Positions 11,846 to 25,318 are shown, numbered from the whole stretch's first letter. The stretch: DNA of 63,855 nt, filler included, from Bigelowiella natans CCMP2755 (GCA_000320545.1; 8 parts of 8 records of this genome joined end to end with filler, not necessarily neighbours in it), one strand, 5' to 3'. Notes: generated by a model from the sequence alone, not told the origin. Numbers and translations: made by a program.

Positions 11846-12666
11846 GCGGAGACGCTTTCCTGCCAGTTTCTGTGTGTGATGTGTGTTGCTTGTGAGCGCG
11901 AGTTTCAGTGTGAGCATGGCTTCGATGACAAACTTCTTCTTGTATCGTAATATTTTCCAACGAGCAGGAAGTGCTCGGCAGTCTATTCATTTCCTGCCTG
12001 GTGATTACATGCTCATGCCGTGCCTCCTCTGGCGATTTCGCCTACCGGTACTTGAAAAACGAAATCATGTAAGAATATTTATAAAGAACACTGCGTTACA
12101 ATGCTCGCGCCTAAAAACTTCAATTGCAGCAAAAACATATGCGACGTACTTATGCGCTTGGCTACATATATACAGCCACTGCTGTGTGGAGGGGGGGTGA
12201 GGTCTACGCCTGGTTCTCATGAAATACATGTCTAGCGCATCAAATATTGTTATAGCGTCGTGGCTTCTATTGAGATATACATGTAAAACCAGTTAGAAGT
12301 ATTTATCTGAACACGATATGCATCATATACAACATACGCTCATTATTAGCTTTACTTATTAATTGGTGCTACGATGCTACTATATTCTCCCTCATTTAAT
12401 TCTACGGTTGCTATGGCTAAATGCGCAGCAACAGTTTGCATCGGGCAATATTATACCACGATATTTGACGGACACGTTTTTATTAAATTTATTACATTGC
12501 TAGCTTGCTTGAAAATTACGTTTCACGCACACATGCAAGAATTATGTATCAATAATCATCTTCGATTCTATAGGCTGTACAACAGTGGAGCATAGACAGA
12601 TTTACAGCTCAAGCGTATAACTAGATTTTCGCAGCTACTTTCATCATATTCTTGCTAGCTTCTTCT

Positions 12667-13195
12667 CTACTTCATGTTGCGATTTCGCAATTTAGCCATC
12701 GTTAAAGGCGTTGATCCTGTTGCTGTATTCTTCGTTAGGGCTGGAATACGCTCTTTCATAACCCGTGATACTTCCCTGCCAACCACCCCCGGAAATCGCA
12801 TGTTAATCAAGCCTGGTACAATTCTTGGGAGCGCTTCAAAGCGACGTTCCTCTCGACGGCAAGATCGCATTCTTGGCTCCTTGCAATCGTGCTTGTGAAC
12901 CTCTTTCCCATGTTGCATCGACTGAAGGCCGCAGAACTCCTTGATAGCTTCGAGGTAAGGGATAGGCTTTTCCATGTCGAACAACTCGGTCACAATGTCT
13001 GCGTGCCCGACATCCTCTAGGAGCAGAAGCTCGGAATTGAAACGACGACCGTCCATTGCCTCGAAAAGTCTCTTGGAGCTTGTGTGCGGAACTACCTCAT
13101 CCTCTCGGCCGTGCACGAGAAGAAACTTCGGAACCTGGCCAAATTCCATCGGTAAGTGCTGTGATCTCAGGAATTCGGAGTTGCAGTAGAGGCTC

Positions 13196-13231
<36 letters not shown>

Positions 13232-14381
13232 CTGACAGGCAAAATGTACGAATGAGAAAATACCTGTGCGCCGTGTGGAACCTTGTCAACCAGGAGAGAT
13301 GGGGAATGCACGTCGAAGTTCTCTTCGCCACGGTTCACAGGCGTCAAGGGACTGTAATCATGCACGTTCTTTTCCTTCTGCAAAAGGAGAAGGATGGTTA
13401 GGGTGCGCGTAAGGGGGTGACCCAATACTCTTGAAAAGCTCAAACAGGTAGACTAATCGATATCATATGTCAGCAGAAACCGCAATTTTTAACTAACATT
13501 GAACGTGACCTCAAATTCGAGGTGCTCACCGATGTGGTAGACCCCTGACAATCCCACAAGCCCTTGGACAAATTTCAACTTATCATGCCTTTCCAGCAAC
13601 ACGTGACTGGCCACGTGTGCCCCGCTCGAATGGCCAACCAGATACACGGGAGAATCAGACGCTATATCGGAGAATTCGTTTTCCCCCAGATTCTCGTGAA
13701 CAAATGTTAGCGCCTTCTCGACGTCATCAAGCTGTCCGCGGATATCTGTGGTAGGGTATGTTCGATAGCCAATCATTACGCAATGAAAGCCCTCCTGGGC
13801 TAATCGCAAACCAACCAATCGATACATGTACGGGGTTCCCGAACCCCAAGCACCGCCATGAACAAACGCGATGATCGGCGCAGATTTGCTCAACATGGCT
13901 GGGTTGCGGTATAAATCGATGGTCTGTCTTGAATGAGCCCCGTACTTGAGCCCAATATTCCATTGCGGGGGTGTGATGAAGAAATACGGCAGCAGGTAGC
14001 GGAACTTCTGACTGCTAATGAAGTAGAAGAAAAACTGGACCAAAGTTATCGAATCTACAGCGAACCTGCCAAACCCAGAGTCGCGCACGAAGTGTTTTAC
14101 ACGCTGCGGAGGTTCTATCATCTGAATAGCATGTCCATAGAACGGAAGGATTAGAAATATGGGTCTATACGCTCGCTGGAACGGACTCGAATTGTAATAT
14201 AAAATTGCAAGTACGAATATGTTCCGCCTTTGCTTCTGCGGGCTTGAAATAGATGTTCGATATTTTGCATGCATGAAATATAGATCGATATTCCGCGTTG
14301 AATATTTGCGAATAGACAAAATGTAGCATTGGCATGATCGCTCAATAGACACCAAAAAATCACTGCTGCTCTGAGCCACAT
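12667..14381 (-). CDS. Alpha/beta hydrolase of the isoprenylcysteine methylesterase (ICME)/BD-FAE type; 5' end approximate
   Basis: HGGAWGSG oxyanion motif, GHSSG nucleophile elbow, GLSGVY, VHGREDEVVP (Asp) and GHADIV (His) across ORFs 13489..14493 and 12667..13443, with short introns. Confidence 0.85.
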
Positions 14382-15146
14382 GTTCTTCGGAACCAGATTG
14401 ACAAAGTGCGTGCGTGTTCTGCGATACAGCGCACGTTGCTACAAAAGCATTATTCGAGCATATTCGCTTACCTTGTGAGGGATTCTTCCCCAAGATGCCT
14501 GTTGAGGCTTAGTTCTTCGTAGAGTGGTTAATCAGGAATGCTTGTTTGGGACGTCAATTTCCTGGTTTTCCTGTCTTCCAGTGTATCTCGCGGATGCAGA
14601 ACCCACAAACTGAGAGGGAAAACATGGCATTTTGAGCTAAGTTCTACCAAACTCCTTGTCGTAAACGATTTTATAGATGTTTTCACCGGCGATCCAGAGA
14701 CTTTATCAGCTTCCCGTGCTTCTGAATGACGAATTCTGAGGCGGAAACGACGGCCAGAATTTCGGGCAGAAAACCCATTGAGATTGTTCTGCGACAATAC
14801 ATCAAGTTTGTCGCATGAAGCTAAAATTCCTCCATTCCGGGATACCAGTGGGGCACAGAATGGAGAACCCGTACGCTCAGCCCGCAATCTCTCCTGAAAA
14901 CTTCTGACAGAGCATTTTTTGACTAACGACAACTTCCGTGTATGTCGTAGTAAATGCTCCCGCAAGCGATTTCTTAATGATTTGGTTACAATATATCTTA
15001 CGGTACCTGATGGATTTCTATGGGTTAATCTCGTTCAAATTTTGGACAGAAATTGGTGTCAGGATCGCTGTTTGGGCACAAGATTATTAGAGGAAATTTC
15101 CAAAGTTCGGCGACAGATTGCGGCAGGACGCCGCCTGCGCTCTGCC

Positions 15147-15652
15147 ATGTCGACCAATGGAGGGGAGGGGAGCGACAAGATTCCCCCCGAGGACTGCTTG
15201 GGGTAGAGATACTCGATACTGGGACGCGCTCCACAATTTGTTCGATCCTGCGGGAATGCCGACCCTCATCCATTCGACTCTTGTCCGCAAAGAATTGACT
15301 TGAGTGTTCCTTGTTTTTCCTCTAGGTGCAGAATTTCTGGAACTCTCACACTGGCGGGCATGTCTGGTTACATGCTCTATCAGCGGCAGCAAATACCAGC
15401 AAGGTAATGGTACCCTTCCCTGGCAACACTTTCGGACATGACTCAATCCTCTTTTCCACATCCACAGCGCTCGGACACATCGTGGAATGCTCACAGTGAT
15501 GGGAGGATCCCTTGCTATCCTGTCAGTATTGAGAGCCGCTGGCATTACCTTCGGGGCTGAAAAAGGTTTGGGAACTCGAAATGCATCGACAAATATATCG
15601 CAAGCAAGGCTAAGTCGTTGTTGTATTTGCAGCCTTGCCGGAGCGCAAGTGA
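15147..15652 (+). CDS. Small membrane protein, DUF4536/DMAC1-like (mitochondrial complex I assembly factor family)
   Basis: Four exons (15147-15202, 15326-15403, 15468-15565, 15633-15652), all GT-AG and in frame: MSTNGGEGSDKIPPEDCLGCRISGTLTLAGMSGYMLYQRQQIPASARTHRGMLTVMGGSLAILSVLRAAGITFGAEKALPERK*. DCxxCR followed by two TM helices is the family signature. Confidence 0.75.
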
Positions 15653-16547
15653 TGGAAGGAAACACTTTGAACTCAAGGGGGTGTTTCGGAGTACGATAAG
15701 ATGTGTAAATTAACTTGGTATCTGACATATACAGTATAAATATATCAGACTATACATGCCAGATAAGTTATTGCCTATTAGGCTTAAAAAGATAGCACTA
15801 AATCTAGTACACGCTCGGAACGCGTTCTCGATTACTATTTGATTCGCAATGCGCATGAGCAGCATCAGCGCAGTTATCGAAGATGTTATGCATATCTGCC
15901 AGCGGCAGCTGTAGGTCAAATATGTAAGAATTCATATACTACGATACAGATTCCCAGTAAAGCGTTCAGTGAATATTATTACGGGCAGGACGTACAGCAT
16001 GGCGACAGCATGGCGACACCATGTATGCTATGCACGTATGTCATTTTTCCGGCGTAAAGAGCGCCCCTGCCAGAGAAACAATATTATTATATCCACAAAC
16101 ATTTGCATAGCTACAGTAGGATGACCATTGACAAATTTTAAATTAATCATTGCATCCGTCTCATACCCACACACATACCATTTCTATTTCACATCAAACT
16201 AAATGTATATATCAGTGAAGAACGCAAGCCTACGCATACCTTTATACCACTTAATTAGCAGCTAATGCACTGAATGCAGTTTTGCATGAGAATCGAATTG
16301 AACGCGCTGCTCATATGACAACTATTGCGTTGAATCAATACACCACGTATATGCAACACACACACACACACACACACATTCATAAACAGCCAAGCACATA
16401 TATGATTACGCTGCATTCATCGCTTCAAAACTAGCGATAAAGCTTTATTGGTAAATACAATTAGCAGGTATAAATTTAAATTGGTACCCGCGAAGCCTAC
16501 TATCGTGTTACAAAGTATTCTTAAATATTCTCAGCACATTGGCAATA

Positions 16548-17442
16548 TCAAAGGTCAAACCACCGAGTTGCGGAGGGTGCTTTCTTCGAGCTGGAGCTCA
16601 GGAATTGTTTCTTATACCTGTTTACGATCGACTGGAATTTTTTCTCTTCTCGTGCTTCGGCTTCTCTTTCACGTTTTCTTGAGCGTTTGCTGGATGTATG
16701 GCCTGGCTTTTGTTGCCTGTTTTTCTTTTTCGGGTTGCTATTTTGCTTCGTATCTGAGAGTTGAGAGTGTGATGATCTTCGGGCCTCTGAACCATCGGCG
16801 GCACCAGGCGACAGCGACTTCCTCTGCTTCTTCCCCTTGGCCGCACTACTATGGGCGAGTTGCTCCGAACTTTTGCCGACAGTTTGACCACCAGAATTCA
16901 ATGAAGCTTGTTTCCGCTTGGTGCTTTTGTGGCGTGGTTCTTCCCTAGCCTCCCTTTTGTTCATGGAGCTCTTTTTCCCCTTCCGCGGTGCCGCGTCATC
17001 ATTTTTCACCCCCCCCTCTTCGATTGTATCGTCGGGCGCTCCCCCAGCGGCTTCGGCGGCTGCAGTAGCTGCTTCAGCAGCCTTAGCAGCGTATAGTTGG
17101 TGCTTCTTCAGTACCTTTATGTAGGAGGGAAGAAAGTCATATTATATTATAATTTTCTATCAATTTGCGAGAGGAAGAGGAGGATGAGGAGGATGAAAAG
17201 GAGGATGAGAAGGAGGATGAGAAGGAGGATGAGAAGGAGGAGGAGAGAAAGGAGCTTTTTTGCAGCAGCAGTACCGTTAATTAATTTGAACACGACATGA
17301 TATAGAGGCAAATTACCATGAGCTTTCTGACATCGTCAAGAGCGAACTCTACGATCGGCCTCTCTTTCTGCACAGACATGATAGAGCGACGAGAAGGAGA
17401 AGAAGTAAGCAAATCATCACGAGGGAACACGACGTCCCACAT

Positions 17443-17482
<40 letters not shown>

Positions 17483-19273
17483 CCATGTAGTAGTACCTTT
17501 ATGAAGACATCTGGGTTGTTGTTCATCCTTCGGAGGCAGGCAAGCGCGTCCTCATGCTTTTCAAACTCGACAAATCCATACCTGCATTGTGGATTATTTG
17601 CACCACATATTGATGGCGAATCACAAAGACGTCAAGCAGCAGCAGCAGCGGTAACAACAACAACAACAACAACAGACCTTTTAGAGCGAGGCATTCCCCT
17701 TTTATCTATCCGATCGGCGCTGCGGACAATCTTGCATTGGCGGATTTTCACGTTTATCTTCGAGGTGCTCTCGCCCCTGTGGTGTGTAGCACTCACTCAC
17801 TCGGTAACGTTGTCTCATGAGTCGTGATAGTGATGGTAGCAGAAGACAATCATAAACGCCAACGATTCTTATCCCGGGCCATTTCACCAGCAATAAAATC
17901 GCAGATATCGCGCGCGCATGTAGTCAACGTGGAGACAATAATAATACTACACATTGCTATATGCATTGCGGGATGGAGGGCGGGAGGGAGGGGGGCGGAG
18001 GCATCCAAACCTGTCCATGCAAGCATACTTCCGACATAACGCCCTGATTAGCAGCGCAACAGTATCGATGAGATGATACTACCACGCTCGCAAACACACA
18101 CACACACATGCAGAATGCAGGCACGCATACACGACGGACACACCGGCACCTAACCCATAATCATACGTCTTCTACTCATATTATTTCACGAAGTCCCCGC
18201 CGTACCCATCGTATGTGCACACCACGCCGCGTCTCCTCATTGTGGGGAAAACAAAACAAAAACTGTGGAAATGCTACGAGGGTTACTTGAGCTGCTTTTC
18301 CTGCATGTCAATTGGTAGGTTTCGCACCGACAAACGCACCTCCGAGACCTGTAAATTGTCATAAAAAAAAATTGTGTTTGTTGTCTGTGGCATGCAAAAA
18401 GTACTGCATATGAGCGCATGTACAACTGACTTTGTAATTAGGATTCTTCAGCTTGGCCTGCTTCTCCTTCTCGGCTTTCGGCGTTTATCCTTATCGTGCT
18501 GGGACATGCCCTCAGCCGCCTTGGAGTCTTTTTGTCGGCGGGAGAGGAAAGGGGGAGGGGGTTTATCAGAATCGAGGGGTCTAGTACACACAACGACTGT
18601 AACCACTCAAAAGCATTGCACAGTAGCAACCTGGCTTGATGTGGCCCTCCTTGGCGAGGTAGAGGTTCCTTCGATCGACTGCACGCTCTTTCTTCAGCGC
18701 CGATTTTCTCTGAGAGGAGTGAGTGTCCGGGTGTGAAGAAATCAGCACCGAATCGTGAGGATGATGGATGGATGACTGAAAACGATGATCCCGACGATGG
18801 ATGACCGCAATCAGATAGACAAGGACGGTTTAGTGATGGTGGTGCATTCTCCTCTCCCTCCCCTCCCCTCCCCTCCCCCCGCGAGTCTTCGATCTTCTTC
18901 TTCTTCTTAGAACAATTCGTCTTCAAGGCCAAACGACGACCTACCTCTTCCACGTAGCGGCTCGCCGTGGATCTATCCACTGCAAAGTCAATTAGAAGCT
19001 GCCGACCCTCCAGAGTCATTCCTACGGATGATTGATGATGATTTGAGAAAGGCGGAGTTTTATCATCTGCGCCTCCTCCCTTGAGTAGATGGCGATTGTG
19101 GGAGAAACGGGGAGGGGGGGGGGGAGGGGGGAGGAGGAGGAGGGCAGGTGGGGGGGGTAGAGTGTCGACAGTTAGGCTTTGAGTAATGAAAGGTACCGTT
19201 TGCAATGCTTCGCTTTTGATTGCCTATGGCGCAACTCGCAGCGACGGCCTGGTAAACAAGAAGGATGATGACG
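16548..19273 (-). CDS. RBM28: RNA-binding protein 28 / nucleolar protein Nop4 (3' portion; 5' end lost in the gap)
   Basis: Exon peptides TLEGRQLLIDFAVDR, LYLAKEGHIKP, KLKNPNYK, YGFVEFEKHEDALACLRRMNNNPDVF and RPIVEFALDDVRKL, followed by a Lys-rich tail ending RWFDL*. Confidence 0.85.
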
Positions 19274-19373
19274 NNNNNNNNNNNNNNNNNNNNNNNNNNN
19301 NNNNNNNNNNNNNNNNNTTAATTAATTAANNNNNNNNNNNNNNNNNNNNNNNNNNNNNNNNNNNNNNNNNNNN
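19274..19373. other. Assembly spacer (44 N + TTAATTAATTAA + 44 N)
   Basis: Identical 100-bp linker with stops in all six frames. Confidence 0.97.
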
Positions 19374-20862
19374 GATGTACGTCAGGGATCTCTTCTGAAG
19401 CTTTCTCAGGCAAGCAACAACACATCCGGTCCTGGAGAAAAGTAAGGGGGAAGGGGGGGGGGGGGGGGGCCCCAGTTCCTTTGTATACATCAAACAGGGA
19501 AAAACACTATTATAACGCACTCTGTGGGACTGCATAAGTACTATCAGGTCTTGGTTGTTTCTCTTGACTGCGATGTAGGATCATGATCCAAAAAATACAC
19601 ATCGGCCGCAATTTCACCCTGTCGCAAATAGAGGGCGTGACGTTTCGCGCACGCGGGCTGGTCACGGCAGAATATGTGCCTGTCTTTCTCCGTGACATCA
19701 GTTTCTTTTTTTACGTTGGAATGCGACCATGTGCTTATTGGTGGCGAGACGCGAAGAATCCGCTCTCTATTCAAATTTCTTCACTGCAACAACAACAACA
19801 ACAACTACTACTACTACTACTGCTACTACGGCTGCTGCTGCTACCGATGCTTTCCTTTGCTACAATGGAGCAGAACGGGGTGATGGTCAGGGTCTTTGAT
19901 GAAGAAGGAAGAAACGATTAGAGAAGACCGTGAATTGAGAGGTTGCCAGTCGAATAAAAGACAACACATGAACATATACATGTCGCTTTACAGCTTCACT
20001 CAAAGCATAGGGGGCCGCGATGTACTCCTGCATCTTCAGGAGCTGCGACGACTCTAGCTAGATATGCACATTATCAACCATGCCCACCACCTCTTATATG
20101 CGCCAAAGCAGCCCGGAGGACTTTCGTGTCGATGCTGACAAATGGCTCTGCGATGAGGGGCGGGTGTCGCGTGAGAGGAGGAGGGCGATAAGCATTGTAA
20201 CAAATACAGCCATTAACACTCGACGATTTTGCTTCATAAAATTTAGAGAAGATTTTGATTGCCTAATATGGTATCTGTTATTATCACAACCGCGGTTTCC
20301 TATCATCCCAAGCTCCGCCATAACAATCCCCTCTTGCTTGCAGAATTGAACAAACTCGGCGCTCTTTTCTCCGCTCACGTTACTGGAGGTTGGCGGGGGA
20401 GGGGGGGAGGGCAGTATGTTTGCCGGCGGTTTACGTAAAAGGTGACAACCAAGAGACCAATAATTGGGCAAAAGACACTTCTAGTTGGTATTGAAAATGC
20501 TCAAGGAAGATGACACGATCGTGATTGCTTTTTTTTCCCTCGCCCATAAACAAAACGCTTCTTAGCCTTAGAGGTATTACACGACTGAGCGTAGGCGAAG
20601 CGTCTTGAGGAAGTCGAAGTTGCGGTTGTTTGGGAACCCAGACCGGTAGACCCCCTGAGCAATTGCGCGATTGTGGGCGATTGTGACTGAGGGAGGGGGG
20701 AAGGGCCGGCGGCATCACACCACAACCACCGTGCAACCGTCGCAGCACTCAATCTACCTTATCCACCATCGCAAAGTTCGGGGGCGGAACCATGACCAGG
20801 GGAGGGATGGCGTCGTGTGAAACGCTTGCCACATCCCTGTAGCTAACGCCGCCCTCCATCAT
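19374..20862 (-). CDS. SIW14: Atypical dual-specificity phosphatase, PFA-DSP/Siw14 family (inositol pyrophosphate phosphatase-like); 3' end lost in the gap
   Basis: Spliced exons: MMEGG...VPPPNFAMVDK | GVYRSGFPNNRNFDFLKTLRLRSV | NVSGEKSAEFVQFCKQEGIVMAELGMIGNR | EPFVSIDTKVLRAALAHIR | DPDHHPVLLHCSKGKHR | TGCVVACLRKLQKRSLTYI. HCxxGxHRTG P-loop present. Confidence 0.9.
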
Positions 20863-21172
20863 TCCGGAGGTAGCTCCGAGCAAAGTCTGAAAACTTTTGG
20901 CTCACCAAATAGTCCTGTTTTCTGTTCGAAATATAACCTATTTTACCATCGCGACAACGCATACGACGCGTTTCCAAGGCGGAAACCCCAGCCCTCCATG
21001 CTGGCCGTGCTCGCAAGTAGATCCATGCGGGCGCCCCAGTCCTTTTCTCGAGCGCGACAGCGGGCACGGAGAATGGGACTTCTTTGGTCCTTTTTTAGCC
21101 CCAGAAACTTCGAAAAGGCCCTGCATTTCGCGAGGAAAGGTAGACGCGAGCTGCAGACTTCCTCGGGGGAAA

Positions 21173-22099
21173 ATGCACAGGCCCCCCCCGAGCCGGGCTC
21201 GCTGCCGAGGCCTCTCCGCAACTTTCTTCGGGGTCTACGCAATGGCAATACTCGGCGGGCTGCTCGGGGGTCATGGCGCCGGTCTGAGCGCTAAGAATTT
21301 TATGTCCTCACCTGCTTTCTTTATTCGTGTTTTTTGCGCTGGGGCCACATGCAGGCGGACCGTCGCGGAGGGTCTCCTGCGGTTTGGAACGGAAGGATAG
21401 AAGAGGGAGGCAGCGACGGGTAGCCCTTGCGAGAAGATAAAAATCCTACGGATAGAGAAACCTCGACGGACGTGAGGCTGCGGTGCTGATGCGCTGGTGA
21501 ATGATTTCTCAGGAGCCTGAGGTGAGGCACCTTGACGGGGGCAGCGCTCGCAACATCTACAGCCTCAGTGACAGGTACTTCCCAAGTGCGGTGCGAGACA
21601 TTCATATTCCTACTCCTTCCCATGACAAATTTTGGGGTAAAAGCACATCGCAAGCGAGAGGTTTTTGTAAATCCAACGGTTTTTTCCTTACGAGAGGTGG
21701 TGGCCTCTTTGCCCCCCCCCCCCTTCCTTCCGCCTTTCTCTATGCATGCGATACATGCTTGCTGAAGAGCACCCCCTGGGCGCTTCAGTCACAAAAACGC
21801 ACTTCGGAAATAATACGACAAACAATCAGCGCGAGGGAAGACTTCTTCGGTGACTCTGAGGTGAGCAATGACCACGGGCCAGGCCCGCTAGGCAAAATGG
21901 TTCCCTTACCACGCTTTGACAACGACTCGTCTTCGGGCGATTACCTGTATGAAAACCTCGGCGAGGAGGTTGAGGAGAAATACGGTGACAACGCAACTTT
22001 TCGCTGGACGCACGGCGTCGATCCCAGTGCCATCACCCTCCCGGAAAAAGAGGCCTACTTCTTTATAGAGGCAAAGGTGGTGGTGGTAGTAGTAGTAGT

Positions 22100-22135
<36 letters not shown>

Positions 22136-22400
22136 GAGGAGGAGGAGGAGGAGGAGGAAGGATAGTAGTAGTAGGAGGAGGAGGAGGAGGAGGAAGGATA
22201 GTAGTAGGAGTAGATCATTATCATGAGCATCATCATCATCACCATCATCGTATCAGTCATCATCCGAAATGCTCTAATACACCGAAAAGCGTGCCAATCC
22301 ACGCGCCGCCATCATCATCATCATCATCATCATCTTTTGAAGGATCGATCGTTTCACCTACCTACCTTATCCATAATTGACACCGGACAGCACGGCCGAA
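21173..22400 (+). CDS. Hypothetical protein with a signal-peptide-like N-terminus followed by an Arg-rich segment; 3' end lost in the gap
   Basis: Exon 1 MHRPPPSRARCRGLSATFFGVYAMAILGGLLGGHGA; exon 2 GGPSRRVSCGLERKDRRGRQRR; later exons EPEVRHLDGG..., STPWALQSQK...YFFIEAK and DRSFHLPTLSIIDTGQHGR. Confidence 0.55.
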
Positions 22401-22500
22401 NNNNNNNNNNNNNNNNNNNNNNNNNNNNNNNNNNNNNNNNNNNNTTAATTAATTAANNNNNNNNNNNNNNNNNNNNNNNNNNNNNNNNNNNNNNNNNNNN
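22401..22500. other. Assembly spacer
   Basis: 44 N + TTAATTAATTAA + 44 N. Confidence 0.97.
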
Positions 22501-22551
22501 TCATATCGTCCACAAGTTAGATTGAAGACAGATGATGTGTTAGGATATATG

Positions 22552-22593
<42 letters not shown>

Positions 22594-23234
22594 TTTTCAT
22601 ACTCTTCTTCCTCCTCCTGATCTCAGTATTGGCTGCCATCGGAAAAGGTATTGTCCAACGCTGTCAGAGCCTCATCTTGTTACCAAATGGTAGTATTAGT
22701 GAGTGATGATCACACTGATGATAGCACCACCACCAACAACAACAGCAGCAAGCAGCCAAAATAATAGGCAATAACAGTGCTGTTGTTATTGGGTTAGTAG
22801 AGAGGTGGTGGGGTGTTCGCTGTTATCATCGATTTATGTCTGAAAGGAAAATGCTAAGTCGTGATCATCATTAACTCTCGACGCACTAGCGATGCCCTCC
22901 GTGGTTCTTGATAGCAGCAGCAGCAGCCTGAATCTTATTTCAACTGTGTTGCTTGCATCATGATATCATGTGTGGTGGTGGTGGTGGTGATGGTGAGTAC
23001 TGCTAGTATCGGTATGTTTGTCAAGACTACCTATATATCACTGCAGATTCTAGACCACGAGAAGGAGCGGGGAAGGAAATATAGTGTCATCTTTCGCACA
23101 AGGCCTGACGAGCTTCTTCTATGGGGCGGGTGTGATATCTCAAGGGGGGAGGAGAAGGAGGGAGCAAGAAGGGAAAAGGAATTAAATAGCAGATCGTTTG
23201 CCACACACACACACACACACACATTGTGTGTGAA

Positions 23235-23268
<34 letters not shown>

Positions 23269-23292
23269 CCTCTCTCTCTCTCTTGTGCGTGC

Positions 23293-23327
<35 letters not shown>

Positions 23328-23774
23328 ATGATGGTGTTGCTCCCTAGTGATCTACGTCATCTTCTCGGAAGAATGAGGCAGAGGCTACGATATGGCATCA
23401 ATACAGTGTTCTCGAGATGTTACCGCAAAGGTGAATGATGACTCCATGTAATAATTCAAAAATGTTATTTAATAAACATAGAGTACACCACACATTTGGA
23501 TGTGGGTCAACCGATAATTCGCTCTAATAGCAGTAGCAGCAGCAATGACACCCTTCTTGTCCACAACAAGAAGCACTACTCTTCTTGTAGCAATATTGAT
23601 ATAAAATATGATGACTACTCCTTCTTGTTGTTTACTCAGGATGGTCATGTGATCATCCATTGATGGTTCCTAGGAATCTTTCAGACTTTGTATTCGCTCC
23701 TTACCCAAGTACTAGTAGTTGTACTAGTAACCATTATGCAACGACTACTACATCATTGTTGTCTATACGTGAGT

Positions 23775-23807
<33 letters not shown>

Positions 23808-24185
23808 TAGTTTCGAAAAGTCTCATCATCAGGATGCTATCTGTTAGATTGGGCGGTGCATATTACGCATTGATCTGTTGTTTGCATAGTCACCTACAAA
23901 ACATAGGCATACATCGTTACAATTGTTGCTGCTGTTGTTGTTGTTCTCTGCTATGTTGTTGTGCTGGTGGTGGTTTGATTGTTGTCTGCAAACACAGCAA
24001 TTATTAACGAGATTGGAGGCATTCCAGCTACCTGGGTGCTCGCTCGTCGTCATCGTCGTCATTTATAACAACAGCATCTAATCATATGCATTGGAATTTC
24101 TTTTACTCATCATCACTTCGTCATGAAGGATTACGAGCACCTTGACAATGAAACGTACATGCATCAAATCCATATGTTCTACTTC

Positions 24186-24221
<36 letters not shown>

Positions 24222-24636
24222 GATTATGATGGGTGAAGCAATGACAATTGTGCTGCTAGATTCAAGACCACTGTGAGAGCGGAGAAGGGATGTTTATAGA
24301 ATGTGTGCTCAACTGGTAATAATGCATATGTATATACATGTATATATACATATATAAACTTCTTAACATGGCGCGTTGTAGTTGTTGCAAGTGTTTTAGC
24401 AAGGATATATGTACTCATTTTCTTCTTCTTCATTTTCTTCTTGTTTTTCTCCCTGGTTTTTATTGTTACTTACCTACTACTTGAAGGTGGCTCGAAAGCA
24501 ATAACGTGCATCAACTTAGTTTCCAGGAGCTTGATGTACAGGTAGTTGGAGGAGGATCGAGGATGACGATCAATCGATTTATCAGTCTAAATAATTATAT
24601 GATTAACGCAGTACTGCTCTGTGATAGCTGTGCACC

Positions 24637-24686
<50 letters not shown>

Positions 24687-24959
24687 CATAAATAGAGCAA
24701 AGGGGTTTGTACTTCACTGTGCAAAATATGTGTATAATATTGATTCCTTCCATCTCACCTTTTTCTTCTATCTTATATGCCCCTCCTCGTTCTCCTCCTC
24801 CTCCTCCTCCTCCCTTAGATTGTGCGATCATGCAGGCGGGACCAGATATGCGACTTGCACATGTGCGATAGGGCTTGGAATATATGCGGTCAGCAGTTAC
24901 CTCGCACTGCCAAGCTTCCTATCAGGAAGTGCAACGAACATCAGGTAGTAGTAGTAGTT

Positions 24960-24992
<33 letters not shown>

Positions 24993-25287
24993 TGACTGTG
25001 AGTTGTTAGCACCGAAGTATACAAGACAGCAGCATTTACTACGAATGAATATCTGATGGCAAATCTCTCGTCTCTTTTTCTTCTTCTGTTTCTTTTTCTT
25101 CTGCTTAGACGTGTGTTGCACCAGAGCCTGTGCGTTTTTTGAAGCCTAAGGTCGCCATTTCCCTTCTTCTGCGTAGGACGCGAAAGGAATGCTTTTATCT
25201 TTCATTTCTCTCCCTCTGCTTGCCTCACCACCTTTTTCTGATGAGGATGATGATGATGATGATAACTCCTAGTAAGAATATATATCA

Positions 25288-25318
<31 letters not shown>

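Noticed and set aside
14528-15728. Long minus-strand ORFs 14528..14965 and 15087..15728
   Set aside because: No recognisable motifs; they overlap a promoter and the better-supported plus-strand DMAC1-like gene.
19318-19329. TTAATTAATTAA as a piggyBac-type target site or regulatory palindrome
   Set aside because: It is always centred in N runs of identical length, so it is an assembly linker.
2651-23910. Apparent frequent GC-AG introns (e.g. at about 2651, 10049, 10544, 10714, 23907)
   Set aside because: In each case a nearby canonical GT donor gives an equal or better in-frame join.
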